The position numbers were made by a program, and so were the translations under genes. This document shows positions 41,358 to 54,286 of a stretch of DNA of 64,000 bases, in pieces. The stretch comes from Promethearchaeota archaeon. GTDB lineage: Archaea > Asgardarchaeota > Lokiarchaeia > Sigyniarchaeales > SOKP01. Within the stretch, counting starts at the first letter, position 1. Every line of letters begins with the position of its first letter. Location of the stretch: positions 18,424 to 82,423 of the forward strand of contig JBHLNF010000014.1 in NCBI GenBank assembly GCA_048937405.1. Reading direction: 5' to 3'. The notes below the pieces were generated by a model, which did no database searches, was not told the DNA's origin, and saw nothing but the letters and a program-made list of their open reading frames with translations.

Positions 41358-41581
41358 ACTTTTCTACCACCATTTAATATTTTAACCATTTCATAATTCT
41401 TATGATAGAAAATTTTTGTAAAAAAACCATGTTTACGTTGACAAAATGGAAGATTTTTTGAAAAGGAATGATATTTTATACATTCATCACAATTTCCATG
41501 ATTTTTACATCCTTTTTTAGGACATGGACAATTATATCCATTTAATTCATTTTGGTTTGTGTTAATAATTATAACCTCCAA
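41354..41581 (-). CDS. Small Cys/His-rich protein
   Basis: CPCPKKGCKNHGNCDECIKYH...LPFC; 4-nt overlap with the next gene. Confidence 0.7.
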   Translation of the reverse strand: MEVIIINTNQNELNGYNCPCPKKGCKNHGNCDECIKYHSFSKNLPFCQRKHGFFTKIFYHKNYEMVKILNGGRKV

Positions 41582-41812
41582 TAGAGTAATTTTCTTAAAT
41601 TGAATATGAAATGCGTTAGAATATAATTTTAAGTTCAGTAGAAAGCTAATTAATTAATTTATTTCAATACTAAACTTAATCAAGTTTTAAACTAATCAGT
41701 TGAAAAAAGATCTATTTAATCAATCTTTTTATAAATTTTTTGAGAAATTTATTATATCCATTCTCTATTAAATATTAGATTTATAAAAGAATTTATGTGA
41801 TTCTAATATAAA

Positions 41813-43261
41813 TTACTTCCAAATGTTTATACCCTTAACCTCTAAGTTATTAAAGATTTGATTTATATCTTTTTCTTTCCCATAAGCTATTGGGGTATTT
41901 ACAATATATAAATCTTTAAGGAAATGAAGATCTAAAATTGCCTCAGGGATAGATGTTATTGGGTTATTGTTCAACCATAAAACCTTTAATGAACGTAATT
42001 TATTTATATTTTGGGGTATATTTTTTATTTTATTATTACTCAAATCTAAAATTTCGAGATTTGTCAATCCCGATTCAATATAAGGGAATTCTTCTAATTG
42101 ATTAAAACTTAAACCTAAAATTTTTAAAGACGCCATTTCATTCATATTTTCAGGAAATCTTATTATCTGATTACCCCATGCTGATAATATTTCTAGTTTT
42201 TTTAATCTGGAAATTGATCTAGGTAAAAGCTGAAGAAGATTATGGTTTAAATATAGTTCTTTAAGGTTTATAAGATTCCCAATTTCTTCAGGGAGTTCAA
42301 TTACATGATTATCACTTAAATCTAATACTTTAAGAGGAGTTAAATTCCCTATTGAGCTTGGGAGATATTTTATGTTATTCTTAGCTATATAAAGCGCTTT
42401 TAAGTCCCTAAAATTGCCTATTGAAGAAGGTAATGCTTTTAAACCGCATCGATTAAATCCTAAAGCAGTCACCATACTTTCATTGTAAGAAAATCCTATA
42501 TTAATATGCTTATTTATATTTTCAAAATGTTTTATAGGATTAATTAAAAATGTATGTGAATGAATTAAATTAATCTTTATAATGTTTAATAGAGCTTCAC
42601 TTTCAAGTTCATCTAGAATAAGGTGATATTTATTCTTATGCTCATGTTCTATTTGTTCAAAGAATATTTCCATCAAAACCTCAAGTTCATCATTACTAAA
42701 ATAATCAAGATAATTTTCTTGAATCAAATAGTGGGCAACATTAGTAGAGAGATTCTCTAATCTTTCAGCAACTTCATCTTTAAATACCTGTTTTGCTTTG
42801 GGATCTCCAAGATCAGTTAATTTTTTAAGAAGCGGAAAGGCTAAATTGCTATGAAGGAGACTTGTATCATAAAAATTTTCAGACCATGCTTGTAAATTTG
42901 AGCAATGTCCCCAAAATTCAATCTCAGGAGTTAATTGATTGTATTTTATTTCAGTTTCTAAGGAGTGATCAAGTCTCTCACTAACATCATCAATAGACAT
43001 AAAAGTATCGAAATCCTCTAAATTATCTTTTGGTATTTCAATCAATAAATATTTACACTGGAGAAATTTTTCATCCTTAACATAAATAACAGTTTTTTCA
43101 TTTTCAAGTTTTAATGTTATAAAAGGATTTATTTTATATTCAGTTATTGTATTTTTTGTTGGTTTAATATCTTCGATTGTGTATTTAATCTTAGTTCCAC
43201 ATTTACGACAGTAATTATAAGTAGTTTTATTCCTTGTTCCACATTTGGGGCAAAATAACAT
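41813..43261 (-). CDS. Zinc-ribbon plus leucine-rich repeat protein (Lokiarchaeia-type)
   Basis: CPKCG...CRKCG; EFWGHCSNLQAW...LAFPLLKKL block; LPxxIGNLxxLxxLxLxxN repeats. Confidence 0.88.
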   Translation of the reverse strand: MLFCPKCGTRNKTTYNYCRKCGTKIKYTIEDIKPTKNTITEYKINPFITLKLENEKTVIYVKDEKFLQCKYLLIEIPKDNLEDFDTFMSIDDVSERLDHSLETEIKYNQLTPEIEFWGHCSNLQAWSENFYDTSLLHSNLAFPLLKKLTDLGDPKAKQVFKDEVAERLENLSTNVAHYLIQENYLDYFSNDELEVLMEIFFEQIEHEHKNKYHLILDELESEALLNIIKINLIHSHTFLINPIKHFENINKHINIGFSYNESMVTALGFNRCGLKALPSSIGNFRDLKALYIAKNNIKYLPSSIGNLTPLKVLDLSDNHVIELPEEIGNLINLKELYLNHNLLQLLPRSISRLKKLEILSAWGNQIIRFPENMNEMASLKILGLSFNQLEEFPYIESGLTNLEILDLSNNKIKNIPQNINKLRSLKVLWLNNNPITSIPEAILDLHFLKDLYIVNTPIAYGKEKDINQIFNNLEVKGINIWK

Positions 43262-43604
43262 CTTATTTTTATAACTGCTAGGATAATATATAGTTTTTTT
43301 ATTTTATAATAGACTAGGCTTTTATATACTTATTCGCTTTTTATTTAAAGTAATGTATTTCAACTCTTTTTGGTTGTATTAATATTATATCTAAAGAAAA
43401 AGCTATCGCAACGCTTGCTAACATAATTTATACTCAAAATTAGTAATTAAATATCAGAGGAAGAGTCATATTAATATATTTTTATTCATTTGTCATTTCA
43501 TATCCTTATTTTATTGAATAAAGATTTAGATATGACAGTTGATTTCCATTTCTAAGCTATAATAATAGAATCAACAATTTAGTATGAATCTGAAAAAAAG
43601 AAGG

Positions 43605-44351
43605 CTATTTTTTATATTCAGTTTCATCTACAATTAAATTTGGATCAGTCAATCCTTTTTGGATTTTCGTTAAAATATATTTACGAAATTCCTTACTTGT
43701 AAATCCATGGGCTCCAAATTGTTTAAGTTCCTGTATCTTCTTTCTTTTTTCATCACTTATCCTTTCATTAACCCTTATAGCCTCTTCCACCAAAGTTGAT
43801 CCTAACAATAGGCTAAATAGAAAGAATGTAACTAAAGCAGCATTTTTTTCTTTGATCTCTCCTTGATCAATTGCCTTTTGAATTACTCGAATTGTTCCTT
43901 CTAGAAATTTAAATGGTTTATATTCTTTTTCATACCTACCAAGTTTATTTGATGGGGGTGACTGCATAAAGTGCATCATTCTAAAAGCCGCAAAATCATT
44001 TTCTGCAAACTCAAAAAAGTGTTCAAAAATTATTAATAACAGATCTATAGTACTACCTTTAAAATCTTTTATGATATCTTTAATTTCATTCCGATATTGT
44101 TCATAATACTTTTTTCTTATAGCTAACCATAATTCTCGTTTGCTCGCTACATAATTATATAAATTGTTTTGATTCATTCCAAGAGATCTAGCTAAAGCCC
44201 GTAAACTAAACCCATCTCTACCCTTTTCTAAAAATAACTTTTTTCCAGCCTCTAAAATTATTTCAAATTGAGCTGCTTTTTTTTCAGGTGAACGACTTCT
44301 TGATTTCTTGTCAATTTTCTTACTTTTCTTTTTTTCAATCATACTTCTCAC
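43605..44351 (-). CDS. TetR/AcrR family transcriptional regulator
   Basis: ILEAGKKLFLEKG..GFSLRALARSLG....NLYNY...K HTH. Confidence 0.88.
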   Translation of the reverse strand: MRSMIEKKKSKKIDKKSRSRSPEKKAAQFEIILEAGKKLFLEKGRDGFSLRALARSLGMNQNNLYNYVASKRELWLAIRKKYYEQYRNEIKDIIKDFKGSTIDLLLIIFEHFFEFAENDFAAFRMMHFMQSPPSNKLGRYEKEYKPFKFLEGTIRVIQKAIDQGEIKEKNAALVTFFLFSLLLGSTLVEEAIRVNERISDEKRKKIQELKQFGAHGFTSKEFRKYILTKIQKGLTDPNLIVDETEYKK

Positions 44352-44721
44352 AAGACTAGAAAAAAAATAGAGATATATTCTATTATTGCATTCTAAATCG
44401 TATTAATTTGTCAAATATTGAAATTAATTGATAATATATAAAAATTATTACTAAAACGTTAAAGATTATTAAAAAAAAGAAAAATCTATTAATATTATCT
44501 TGATTTACTTATTAAAAAAATTCTTCATAAATTTTTATCAAAATTCATTTTTTTCAATCATCATATTCATAATATATAACTATACTTTGGTTTTCAGGTT
44601 CAATTCCAAGAGCTGAAATAATTATGTCTTATTAAGAATGCTTAATAGTACTTAATTAGATTCAATAAAACCTTAAGTAAGAATGAATAAAATGAGATAA
44701 AAAAAAAGTAGAAAATTTTTT

Positions 44722-46971
<2,250 letters not shown>

Positions 46972-47163
46972 TTATAAAGAATCTAAAGTAGATTGTCAGA
47001 AAGATTCCTAAATAATAACTATTATTTTCTATTTATAGTTTTTAAAAAAGATTATGCTTATATCTTATAAATACTACTCTTTATTTGGATTTAATCTTAT
47101 TGGTAAGAAGAATAACTTTTATAACTCATTTTAATCATAGCTTAATTTTTATAGATGAAATAA

Positions 47164-47610
47164 ATGATAGAAGTATATTTAAAAGGGAAAAAAAGAGATA
47201 AAATTATAGGATTGGTTGATGGGAAAAAATATTTAAATAAAAAGAAAAAATTATGGGGTTATTTAGACGAAAAAATCGCTAAAGATAAAAGGGGATATCC
47301 TCTCCTGTATCTAAAAGATGATGGTAAGATAACTCTAAACGAGGATTGGGATTATGAAGAACAAGGTTATCTAACAGAGAATAAAATCTATTATTGCGAT
47401 ACTGATGAATTGATTTTGTCTTTTCATAAGGATAAAAAAGAAATTCAAAATCATTTAAATAATGAGACAATTTACTTAAGAGGAGATGGTATTGATTCAC
47501 TCACAAATTTGGATTTTTTTGGAATTTCTGCAATAATGCTTGAGTTATTTGCTGGAGCTGGATCAGATGAGGGAGTAGATATTGAAGACTTTTTAGATGA
47601 TTTGCTTTGA
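47164..47610 (+). CDS. Hypothetical protein
   Basis: 148-aa ATG ORF with host-like composition; no recognised motif. Confidence 0.6.
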   Translation: MIEVYLKGKKRDKIIGLVDGKKYLNKKKKLWGYLDEKIAKDKRGYPLLYLKDDGKITLNEDWDYEEQGYLTENKIYYCDTDELILSFHKDKKEIQNHLNNETIYLRGDGIDSLTNLDFFGISAIMLELFAGAGSDEGVDIEDFLDDLL

Positions 47611-47640
47611 TATTTATATTTAAAAAAAATATTAATACAT

Positions 47641-47724
47641 TTATCCTAATCTTGGATCAGATAACTCAATCCATGTTTCTTCAATTAACCAGTAAATTCT
47701 TGCTATATTAGTTGGATCTCTCAT
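47641..47724 (-). pseudogene. Possible truncated DUF1040/YihD-like gene stub
   Basis: MRDPTNIARIYWLIEETWIELSDPRLG* resembles the MRDPxRI...W...PDLRLGQ pattern, with a stop where Q would be. Confidence 0.3.
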
Positions 47725-47755
47725 CCGAATCATTTAATTTAAATTAGTTAACATT

Positions 47756-48202
47756 TTATTTTGACTTTAAAACATCCTTATCTAGCTCTAAGATAATATA
47801 GATAAATGAAGGAAAAAATAGATAAATTAAATCTTTTCCAAATGTAGTAATTTGATAAGAAACACGAACTGGCTTACCTGTGTGGACAATCCTCTCTATA
47901 AGTCTCTTTTCTTCTATTTGTTTTAATCGAGTTGAGAGTGTTCGGGTATTGATTTCTGGTAGACTTTTTCTTAAATCTGTATAATACAAATTCTCTTGAA
48001 AAAAAATCATAAAAAGTATATCTATCGTCCATTTTCCTTGTAAAAATGTGGATACTTCATGAATAAAACTTCTATCCATTTTTATTACTCTTTCTTTTCC
48101 TTTCTTTTTTTGGAATTGTCTATTAATACCTAAAGCGACTGATTCTTGAAGTTTCGGAATCATTTCAATAACTTCTTTAAAATTGCTTAGATCAAAAGCC
48201 AT
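47756..48202 (-). CDS. HxlR family winged-helix regulator
   Basis: GKWTIDIL...DLRKSLPEINTRTLSTRLK...PVRVSYQIT. Confidence 0.88.
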   Translation of the reverse strand: MAFDLSNFKEVIEMIPKLQESVALGINRQFQKKKGKERVIKMDRSFIHEVSTFLQGKWTIDILFMIFFQENLYYTDLRKSLPEINTRTLSTRLKQIEEKRLIERIVHTGKPVRVSYQITTFGKDLIYLFFPSFIYIILELDKDVLKSK

Positions 48203-48350
48203 CGATTTTTCATCTATTTATTAGTTGGTTTACTATAAGATAGTAGGTGTAAAAATGTAAACAAATTGAAATGTGATATACTTTGAAATTTAAATATAAT
48301 AATGTCTTTTTACTTTTTAAAGTTACTTTATTTTTTAAAGTGAAAAAGAA

Positions 48351-49157
48351 ATGTTCGTTGAGATACAAAATATTAAAATTTATTATGAAGCCTATGGCGA
48401 AGGAACTCCTTTGATTCTCATTCACGGTCATGGAGAAAGTACATATATATGGAGGCATATGATGGCTATTCTCGCCAAGAAGTATTCAGTATATGCTTTG
48501 GATCTAAAAGGTTTTGGAAACTCTGATAAACCATTAGATGGTGATTATTCTATTAAGTCAATGTCAACTCTTATTATTAATTTTATGGATAAATTACAGA
48601 TTCAAAAAGCGATTCTTGTTTGCCATTCCTTCGCAGGAAAAATTGGAATCTTCACAATAGTTAAGCACCCAAAAAGGATACTAGGATTAGTACTCTTAGG
48701 GTGTGCTATTGGAGAATTTAAAATATGGGAATCTTTTAAAATTATGCAAAATAAAAACATCGGGGAAAAAATTATAAATAGTTATAATGAAAAAAATGTA
48801 AGGTTGATTCTTGAGAGACTTCATGATAAAACATATGAGATCTCCGATAAAGATATTGAAGAAAATATAAAAATCAAAGGAAATATAGCTAGGATTAATG
48901 CATTCCTAGAATATTTTATTGATTTTATGAAGGAAGACAATTACTTTAAGTATTTAGATAATATTGATATACCTACACTTATAATTTGGGGTCTTAATGA
49001 TAATTTTATTTCTGTGGAACATGGAGAAATGATCTCTAAGAAAATTAAAAATTCAAAATTGGAAACTTTAGAAAACTGTGGTCATAGTATTAGTGAAGAT
49101 CAACCAAAGCGAGTTAGTGAATTAATTATTGAATATTTTATTAATTTATATGGTTAA
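48351..49157 (+). CDS. Alpha/beta-fold hydrolase
   Basis: LIHGHG, DLKGFGNS, CHSFAG, IWGLND, CGH. Confidence 0.85.
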   Translation: MFVEIQNIKIYYEAYGEGTPLILIHGHGESTYIWRHMMAILAKKYSVYALDLKGFGNSDKPLDGDYSIKSMSTLIINFMDKLQIQKAILVCHSFAGKIGIFTIVKHPKRILGLVLLGCAIGEFKIWESFKIMQNKNIGEKIINSYNEKNVRLILERLHDKTYEISDKDIEENIKIKGNIARINAFLEYFIDFMKEDNYFKYLDNIDIPTLIIWGLNDNFISVEHGEMISKKIKNSKLETLENCGHSISEDQPKRVSELIIEYFINLYG

Positions 49158-49201
49158 AGATAAAAATATTTTTTTAATCCTAGGATTACTTTAGATAAAA
49201 A

Positions 49202-49350
49202 TTATTTTTGTTTTTCCCATTTTTTTAGAGAAGCGACCTCAGAAAGAGTGGATCCCCGCTCAATTTCTTCTCTAATTCGATTTTCTCTTTCCATAACGTC
49301 AATTGCTCTATTAGCATTTTACGTTTTCCTTCATAGAGAGCTGCTTTCAT
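49202..49350 (-). pseudogene. Chimeric scar: MDR dehydrogenase start joined to a diverged copy of the hps-rraA 3' end
   Basis: 49202-49315 matches 52292-52405 (10 mismatches in 114 nt); GAGGTGA then ATG 49350 reads MKAALYEGKRKM. Confidence 0.8.
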
Positions 49351-49534
49351 TTTTTCACCTCTCTTCTCTTGGTTAACAATTATTTTATTAGAATATTTCT
49401 ATATCCACTTGTTTTCTATTATATTTTACTTAATATCAAATTATATTGTATAATTAAAGTCTACTAGCGTAGATATTATTAAAAAAAATATTGCTTAATT
49501 AAGAAAAAGAAATAAAAAAATGTACTTTATTGAA

Positions 49535-51937
49535 TTACGGCCAAATCTCATTGTTCTGTTGAAAATTCACTGTAAATAACTTATGAAGATCCTCTGTAGT
49601 TTCAACATTAGGCACCCGTTTCCCAGAAAAGTTTAAAAACTCCTCAGGTACATATATTACAAAGTCCAAAGGTTCAACCTTACCTCTTTTCAAATCTCTA
49701 AAATATCTGTTTATTGCTCTGGTATCCGGATGAGAACGTAATTCACCTGCGTATTTTCCTCCATTTTGGGTTAAATCAGCGTAAAACAAAGCATCACTGT
49801 ATAGACTCGGAAAAACCATTGAAAATGGGAATTCTGGACCATATAACATATTACCAATTCCAAGATACTCTGCATACTGAACACTTGGCCACTTTCCATT
49901 ACCGCATCTACGCCCTGGAATAAAAGGGTCATCTAGTTCCATAGGTATGAGAGAAACCACTAAAGCAATGGCACAAGCATTTGCGAGCGATCTCTCACCC
50001 ATTACATCATGACCATCAGGATTGTATTGTTTATTACTGATTTTTAACCAAGTACTATTTAATTTATAGTGTCCCTTTAAATAACCTAGTTTTTCTTTGC
50101 CTATTGAAGAAATAGAATTAGCTGCTAAATGCAGAAGTAAAGATACGGCTCCTGTTTTTCCAAATTCCTCATAGGTGATCACTCCATCATTATTCTCATC
50201 AAACTCTTTGATAAGTTCTTCTTTTAAGTTTGTCCCATCTAATTCATCTTGAGCAGCTAAATAATTAAGAGTTGATTGTTGCATATCCCATGGTACTTTA
50301 TAAATATCGTAAAAAAGAGTGCTGGTAATAATATCACAAAAATTATCATCTATGATAGATCCTAAGTGTCCGTTAAGGGATATTATAGGTGATTCAGTCA
50401 AAACATCATATCCGCTAACATAATAACCCTTTTTTCCCAAGCCTCTCTCTTCTGCACGGTCAAATGTAACATCTCTAGATAGTGGACAATCGTATCCTTC
50501 AGTTGATATAATGTTTTTCCCATCAACTTTAGGTATGGGTACTTTCTGGGGGAAACCTCCCGCAGTTCCTCCTTCTAACTTAACTTCAAGAGATTCTTTG
50601 AGGGGAACATTTGAAAACATATAACGGGCACATAAGAGATCGGTTGCAACAGGATCTAAACCTGCAAAAACCATTCCCTCTGCAGTTTTTACTCCGGTAC
50701 CGAGTCCTTGATGATCTAGATTTATTGCTTCAATACCATCAACTATGTGAAACATTAAAATTCCTTGATTGTTTACAGCTTTAATAATGTCAATCATAGT
50801 ACTTAGAATTCCTCCAGTTTTATTTATTATATAGTTTCCTTCAGAATCTCTCTTAGGGAGAGTGTTTATTCGATCAATTTCAGGAATCCAAACTTGATGT
50901 GGAATATCTGCTTTCATTCCTACGACAGTAGTACCATTAGGTGCGCAGTAATCCCATTTATAATCCCCTTCACTTGAATATTGCATAGGATAAAGACCGA
51001 TTCCCAAATTCTTTATAATATTCGTAAATATAGTAATAGCATGTACTTTGAATTTTGGGACATTTATTAACACACATCCTGGATAAGCTTTCCTATCCTC
51101 TGGATCATCAGGATCACCGCCGGTTATAGCTTTATGTAGTACAATTGACTTAAAATTCACCCCATCAGGTACAGCACATTTCCTCCCCTTATTTGGATCG
51201 TCATATATTCGGTTTAAGTCATACACCATCAATTTGTCGGAAACATGTCCCGGAGCTATATATGTACCATTAACACTTTCTTCGTGTCCTTTAAAAGGAT
51301 CCTCACTGTCTCCTTCCTTTAATGACTCAAAGAGATATTTGCGAGCAAAATAGAACCCCCAGCCTCCGTAAAAGTCTCCTGATTTTCCCTCAAGGACTGC
51401 CTCAGGAGTAATTTCTTTCCCTTCTGGATTAATTAGAGAATACATGTTAGCTACTGCTGTGACCGTCGTTGCTGCTTCTCCCAGTGACATCTTATAATAA
51501 CTTATCCCCGCTTTTTCATGAAACCACCTCATTAAAGCTGCTATTAATGCCCATTCTGTACATGCCGTATTACCATGACCAGGTCCATGAGTTTCTGGAT
51601 CTATGTTCATAGGATTTACAGTATTAGGTTTAAACAAAATTTTCTGACCTAATTTGAACTTTTCCTTAATTTGAGCAATAAATGATGTTGCTTGCTCTAA
51701 GAAAGATAATACATAATCTAAATTGTTGTAGGTATAGTCAATTTTTGTTTTTATTTGATCCCAGCTTTCTTGATCGGAATCATTAATAAACTTCTGGAGT
51801 AATTCATTCATACCTTCATAAGATTTGCTGACATCCATCCTAACAACCCCTATTGGGGAACCAGAAGAATCACTCTCTTGCCTTCCCAAAGGGGAATTGA
51901 AACTTATTGTTTTTTCATTATTCATGCTAATAACCAT
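49535..51937 (-). CDS. Large DUF362-domain protein with an EF-hand-like loop
   Basis: ILFKPN, INVPKFKVH, IKNLGIG, IVDGIEA, AGLDPVATD; DENNDGVITYEEF. Confidence 0.75.
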   Translation of the reverse strand: MVISMNNEKTISFNSPLGRQESDSSGSPIGVVRMDVSKSYEGMNELLQKFINDSDQESWDQIKTKIDYTYNNLDYVLSFLEQATSFIAQIKEKFKLGQKILFKPNTVNPMNIDPETHGPGHGNTACTEWALIAALMRWFHEKAGISYYKMSLGEAATTVTAVANMYSLINPEGKEITPEAVLEGKSGDFYGGWGFYFARKYLFESLKEGDSEDPFKGHEESVNGTYIAPGHVSDKLMVYDLNRIYDDPNKGRKCAVPDGVNFKSIVLHKAITGGDPDDPEDRKAYPGCVLINVPKFKVHAITIFTNIIKNLGIGLYPMQYSSEGDYKWDYCAPNGTTVVGMKADIPHQVWIPEIDRINTLPKRDSEGNYIINKTGGILSTMIDIIKAVNNQGILMFHIVDGIEAINLDHQGLGTGVKTAEGMVFAGLDPVATDLLCARYMFSNVPLKESLEVKLEGGTAGGFPQKVPIPKVDGKNIISTEGYDCPLSRDVTFDRAEERGLGKKGYYVSGYDVLTESPIISLNGHLGSIIDDNFCDIITSTLFYDIYKVPWDMQQSTLNYLAAQDELDGTNLKEELIKEFDENNDGVITYEEFGKTGAVSLLLHLAANSISSIGKEKLGYLKGHYKLNSTWLKISNKQYNPDGHDVMGERSLANACAIALVVSLIPMELDDPFIPGRRCGNGKWPSVQYAEYLGIGNMLYGPEFPFSMVFPSLYSDALFYADLTQNGGKYAGELRSHPDTRAINRYFRDLKRGKVEPLDFVIYVPEEFLNFSGKRVPNVETTEDLHKLFTVNFQQNNEIWP

Positions 51938-52291
51938 TCGCCTTTATTTTATTTTAGATACAAATGAACAGTCATTTTTATTGTTATTTAAGTTTTTCTT
52001 AGATTAGATTAAAATTTTTAAGCTGAAATATTGTTAAATTTTTATTTTCACTGCTCATACACAAATAAACTTAATCCAATCGATTTTAAAGTTAAAGAAA
52101 TAACCAATCTGGCCTTATCATATAACATCGGTTACAAATTAGCCCAAACAACCTTAAAGATGAAATTAGTAAAGATCAGCCCAAGCAAGTAAGTCAGTTA
52201 ATTTTTGAATTTTTTAGCGATTTTTGAGGACTTGGATAAAATAGATATGTCTTTTTTTTCATTTTTTATGGAGAATCATTTAGAAAAAACT

Positions 52292-53629
52292 TTATTTTTG
52301 TTTTTCCCATTTCTTTAGGTAAGCGACCTCAGAAAGCGTGGATCCACGCTTAATTTCTTCTCTAATCCGATTTTCTCTTTCCATCACATCAATAGCTCTA
52401 TTAGCCATTTCTTGGGCTTTATTTTTGGGAATAACTACAACACCAGAATCATCCCCTACAATCCAATCTCCTGGATTAACTAATTGATTAGCGCATTCGA
52501 TACTTACATTTGTTTCACCTAATCCTCTGGGTTCTCCTGCTGTTGGTGTAAAATGACGTGCAAAAACAGGAAATTTCATACTTTTTATATCATCAATATC
52601 TCTTACAGCACCATCAATAATAACTCCTTCAATTCCTTTAATTTTACAGCTCCATGATGCAAGTTCACCCCATACTGCATCCTTTCCTTCACATGCATCA
52701 ATTACTATGACATCACCTTTATTAGCTTCTTCAATTGCTTCAACTGGTTTACTCCAATCTCCATTATAAGCTCGAACTGTGTAAGCTGGACCTAAAAATT
52801 TCAATGGACAGTCCAGAGATCCTGACCATACAGGTTTTAATCCCTGAAGTTCACCATCTCTATGCATAGCATCTGAAATATTTGGAGTAGACACTTTCAT
52901 AAATGCTTCACGAATTTGAGTCTTATCATATTTTTTAAACAAGGTTGATTCAATTGGTTCAGCTAATTTAATTGCCTTCTTAATTTTTTTTGCCGTTAAT
53001 TCTGGATCTGGGGATTTATACAGAGCGCCTCCTACAATAATTACATCAACACCGATTTTTTTTGCTTTAGCTGCAGTCTCACTATTTATTCCTCCTGCAA
53101 TTGCTAACCAAGTTGTAGGATCAAGATTATCTTTTAATTTATTTGCCACTTCTAAAGTCTTTTCTCCGCCATGAATCGTTTGCTGATCTATCCCCACATG
53201 TGAACAAATCATACCCACTCCTAGTTTTTCTAGTTCTAATGCTCTCTTGATAAGATTTTCAGGTGGGATATCAATCGTATCGCAACCTAACATAACCCCA
53301 TATTGTTTTGCAGCTTGAATCGCTTCTGTTATTGAAGCATTATCACTACCCCCTAACATCAGTACAATATTCGCTCCAGCTTTTGCAGCAATTTCAATTT
53401 CAATTGAACCTCCGTCTACGGTCTTCATGTCTGCTACCAATATTCTATTAGGAAATTTTTTATGTAACGCTCTTAGTATATCTATACCTTCAGATTTAAT
53501 CAAAGGAGTACCAGCTTCAATCCAATCAACCCCTCCATTTAATGCCTCTTCGGCTATTTGCAAGGCTCGATGTTTATTTATTAAGTCTAGTGCGATTTGA
53601 AGATATGGTTCTTCTCTTTTTTCTAACAT
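52292..53629 (-). CDS. hps: 3-hexulose-6-phosphate synthase (HUMPS/OMPDC barrel) fused to an RraA/MenG-like domain
   Basis: LQIALDL, IEAGTPLIKSEG, VADMKTVDGG; C-terminal STPNISDAM, AVWGEL, IDGAVRD, PGDWIVGDDSGVV. Confidence 0.9.
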   Translation of the reverse strand: MLEKREEPYLQIALDLINKHRALQIAEEALNGGVDWIEAGTPLIKSEGIDILRALHKKFPNRILVADMKTVDGGSIEIEIAAKAGANIVLMLGGSDNASITEAIQAAKQYGVMLGCDTIDIPPENLIKRALELEKLGVGMICSHVGIDQQTIHGGEKTLEVANKLKDNLDPTTWLAIAGGINSETAAKAKKIGVDVIIVGGALYKSPDPELTAKKIKKAIKLAEPIESTLFKKYDKTQIREAFMKVSTPNISDAMHRDGELQGLKPVWSGSLDCPLKFLGPAYTVRAYNGDWSKPVEAIEEANKGDVIVIDACEGKDAVWGELASWSCKIKGIEGVIIDGAVRDIDDIKSMKFPVFARHFTPTAGEPRGLGETNVSIECANQLVNPGDWIVGDDSGVVVIPKNKAQEMANRAIDVMERENRIREEIKRGSTLSEVAYLKKWEKQK

Positions 53630-53655
53630 ATTATATACACATACCTTAATATTAA

Positions 53656-54162
53656 TTATTTAATTATATTTTTACGAAATTTGTGAAAATCAACATAAGA
53701 AGTAGTGAGTAATAAATCAGAATTTGCTAGACTAACAATTTCTCCAGAAGAATTAAAGACTTGAGCAATTGCATGTAAAAGATATTTACCCTCTCTTAAA
53801 ATTTTGGCCTTAATTCGTACTTTTTCACCTATTTCTATTTTTCCTAAAAAACTTACTTGGATTCCGATTGTTATCACGCCGGTTTCATATCCTAAACCAT
53901 AAGCAGCATAACCAATCGTATTGTCTATCATAGCACATATCATTCCACCATGCAATAATCCAGTTGAATTATCCATTTCTGGTTGTGTGTCATATTTAAT
54001 TTCAATTTCTCCTCTTTTAATATAAGTTAATCTACCACTACACCATTTTGAAAAAGGAGGAACAGAGGCTTCTTTTAATTCTTTTTCTTTTATATTATTA
54101 TACCAGCGAAGCCTTTGCATTGAATTTTCAGCTATTTTTTTATCCAACATCTTTAATTTCAA
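53656..54162 (-). CDS. PaaI family hot-dog thioesterase
   Basis: NSTGLLHGGMICAMID. Confidence 0.85.
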   Translation of the reverse strand: MKLKMLDKKIAENSMQRLRWYNNIKEKELKEASVPPFSKWCSGRLTYIKRGEIEIKYDTQPEMDNSTGLLHGGMICAMIDNTIGYAAYGLGYETGVITIGIQVSFLGKIEIGEKVRIKAKILREGKYLLHAIAQVFNSSGEIVSLANSDLLLTTSYVDFHKFRKNIIK

Positions 54163-54286
54163 CTTTAACTCTATAGTAATTTAACTCTTTAGTAAAGTTT
54201 AAATTTATTTTAAGATTGTGTATAAAGTTATTAGATAGTTTAAACTATCAAGAAAAATTTATAATTATTATTCTATTTATAAAAAT

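Noticed and set aside
44595-44610. GGTTCAATTCC tRNA T-loop-like sequence
   Set aside because: T-stem does not pair and no cloverleaf can be formed
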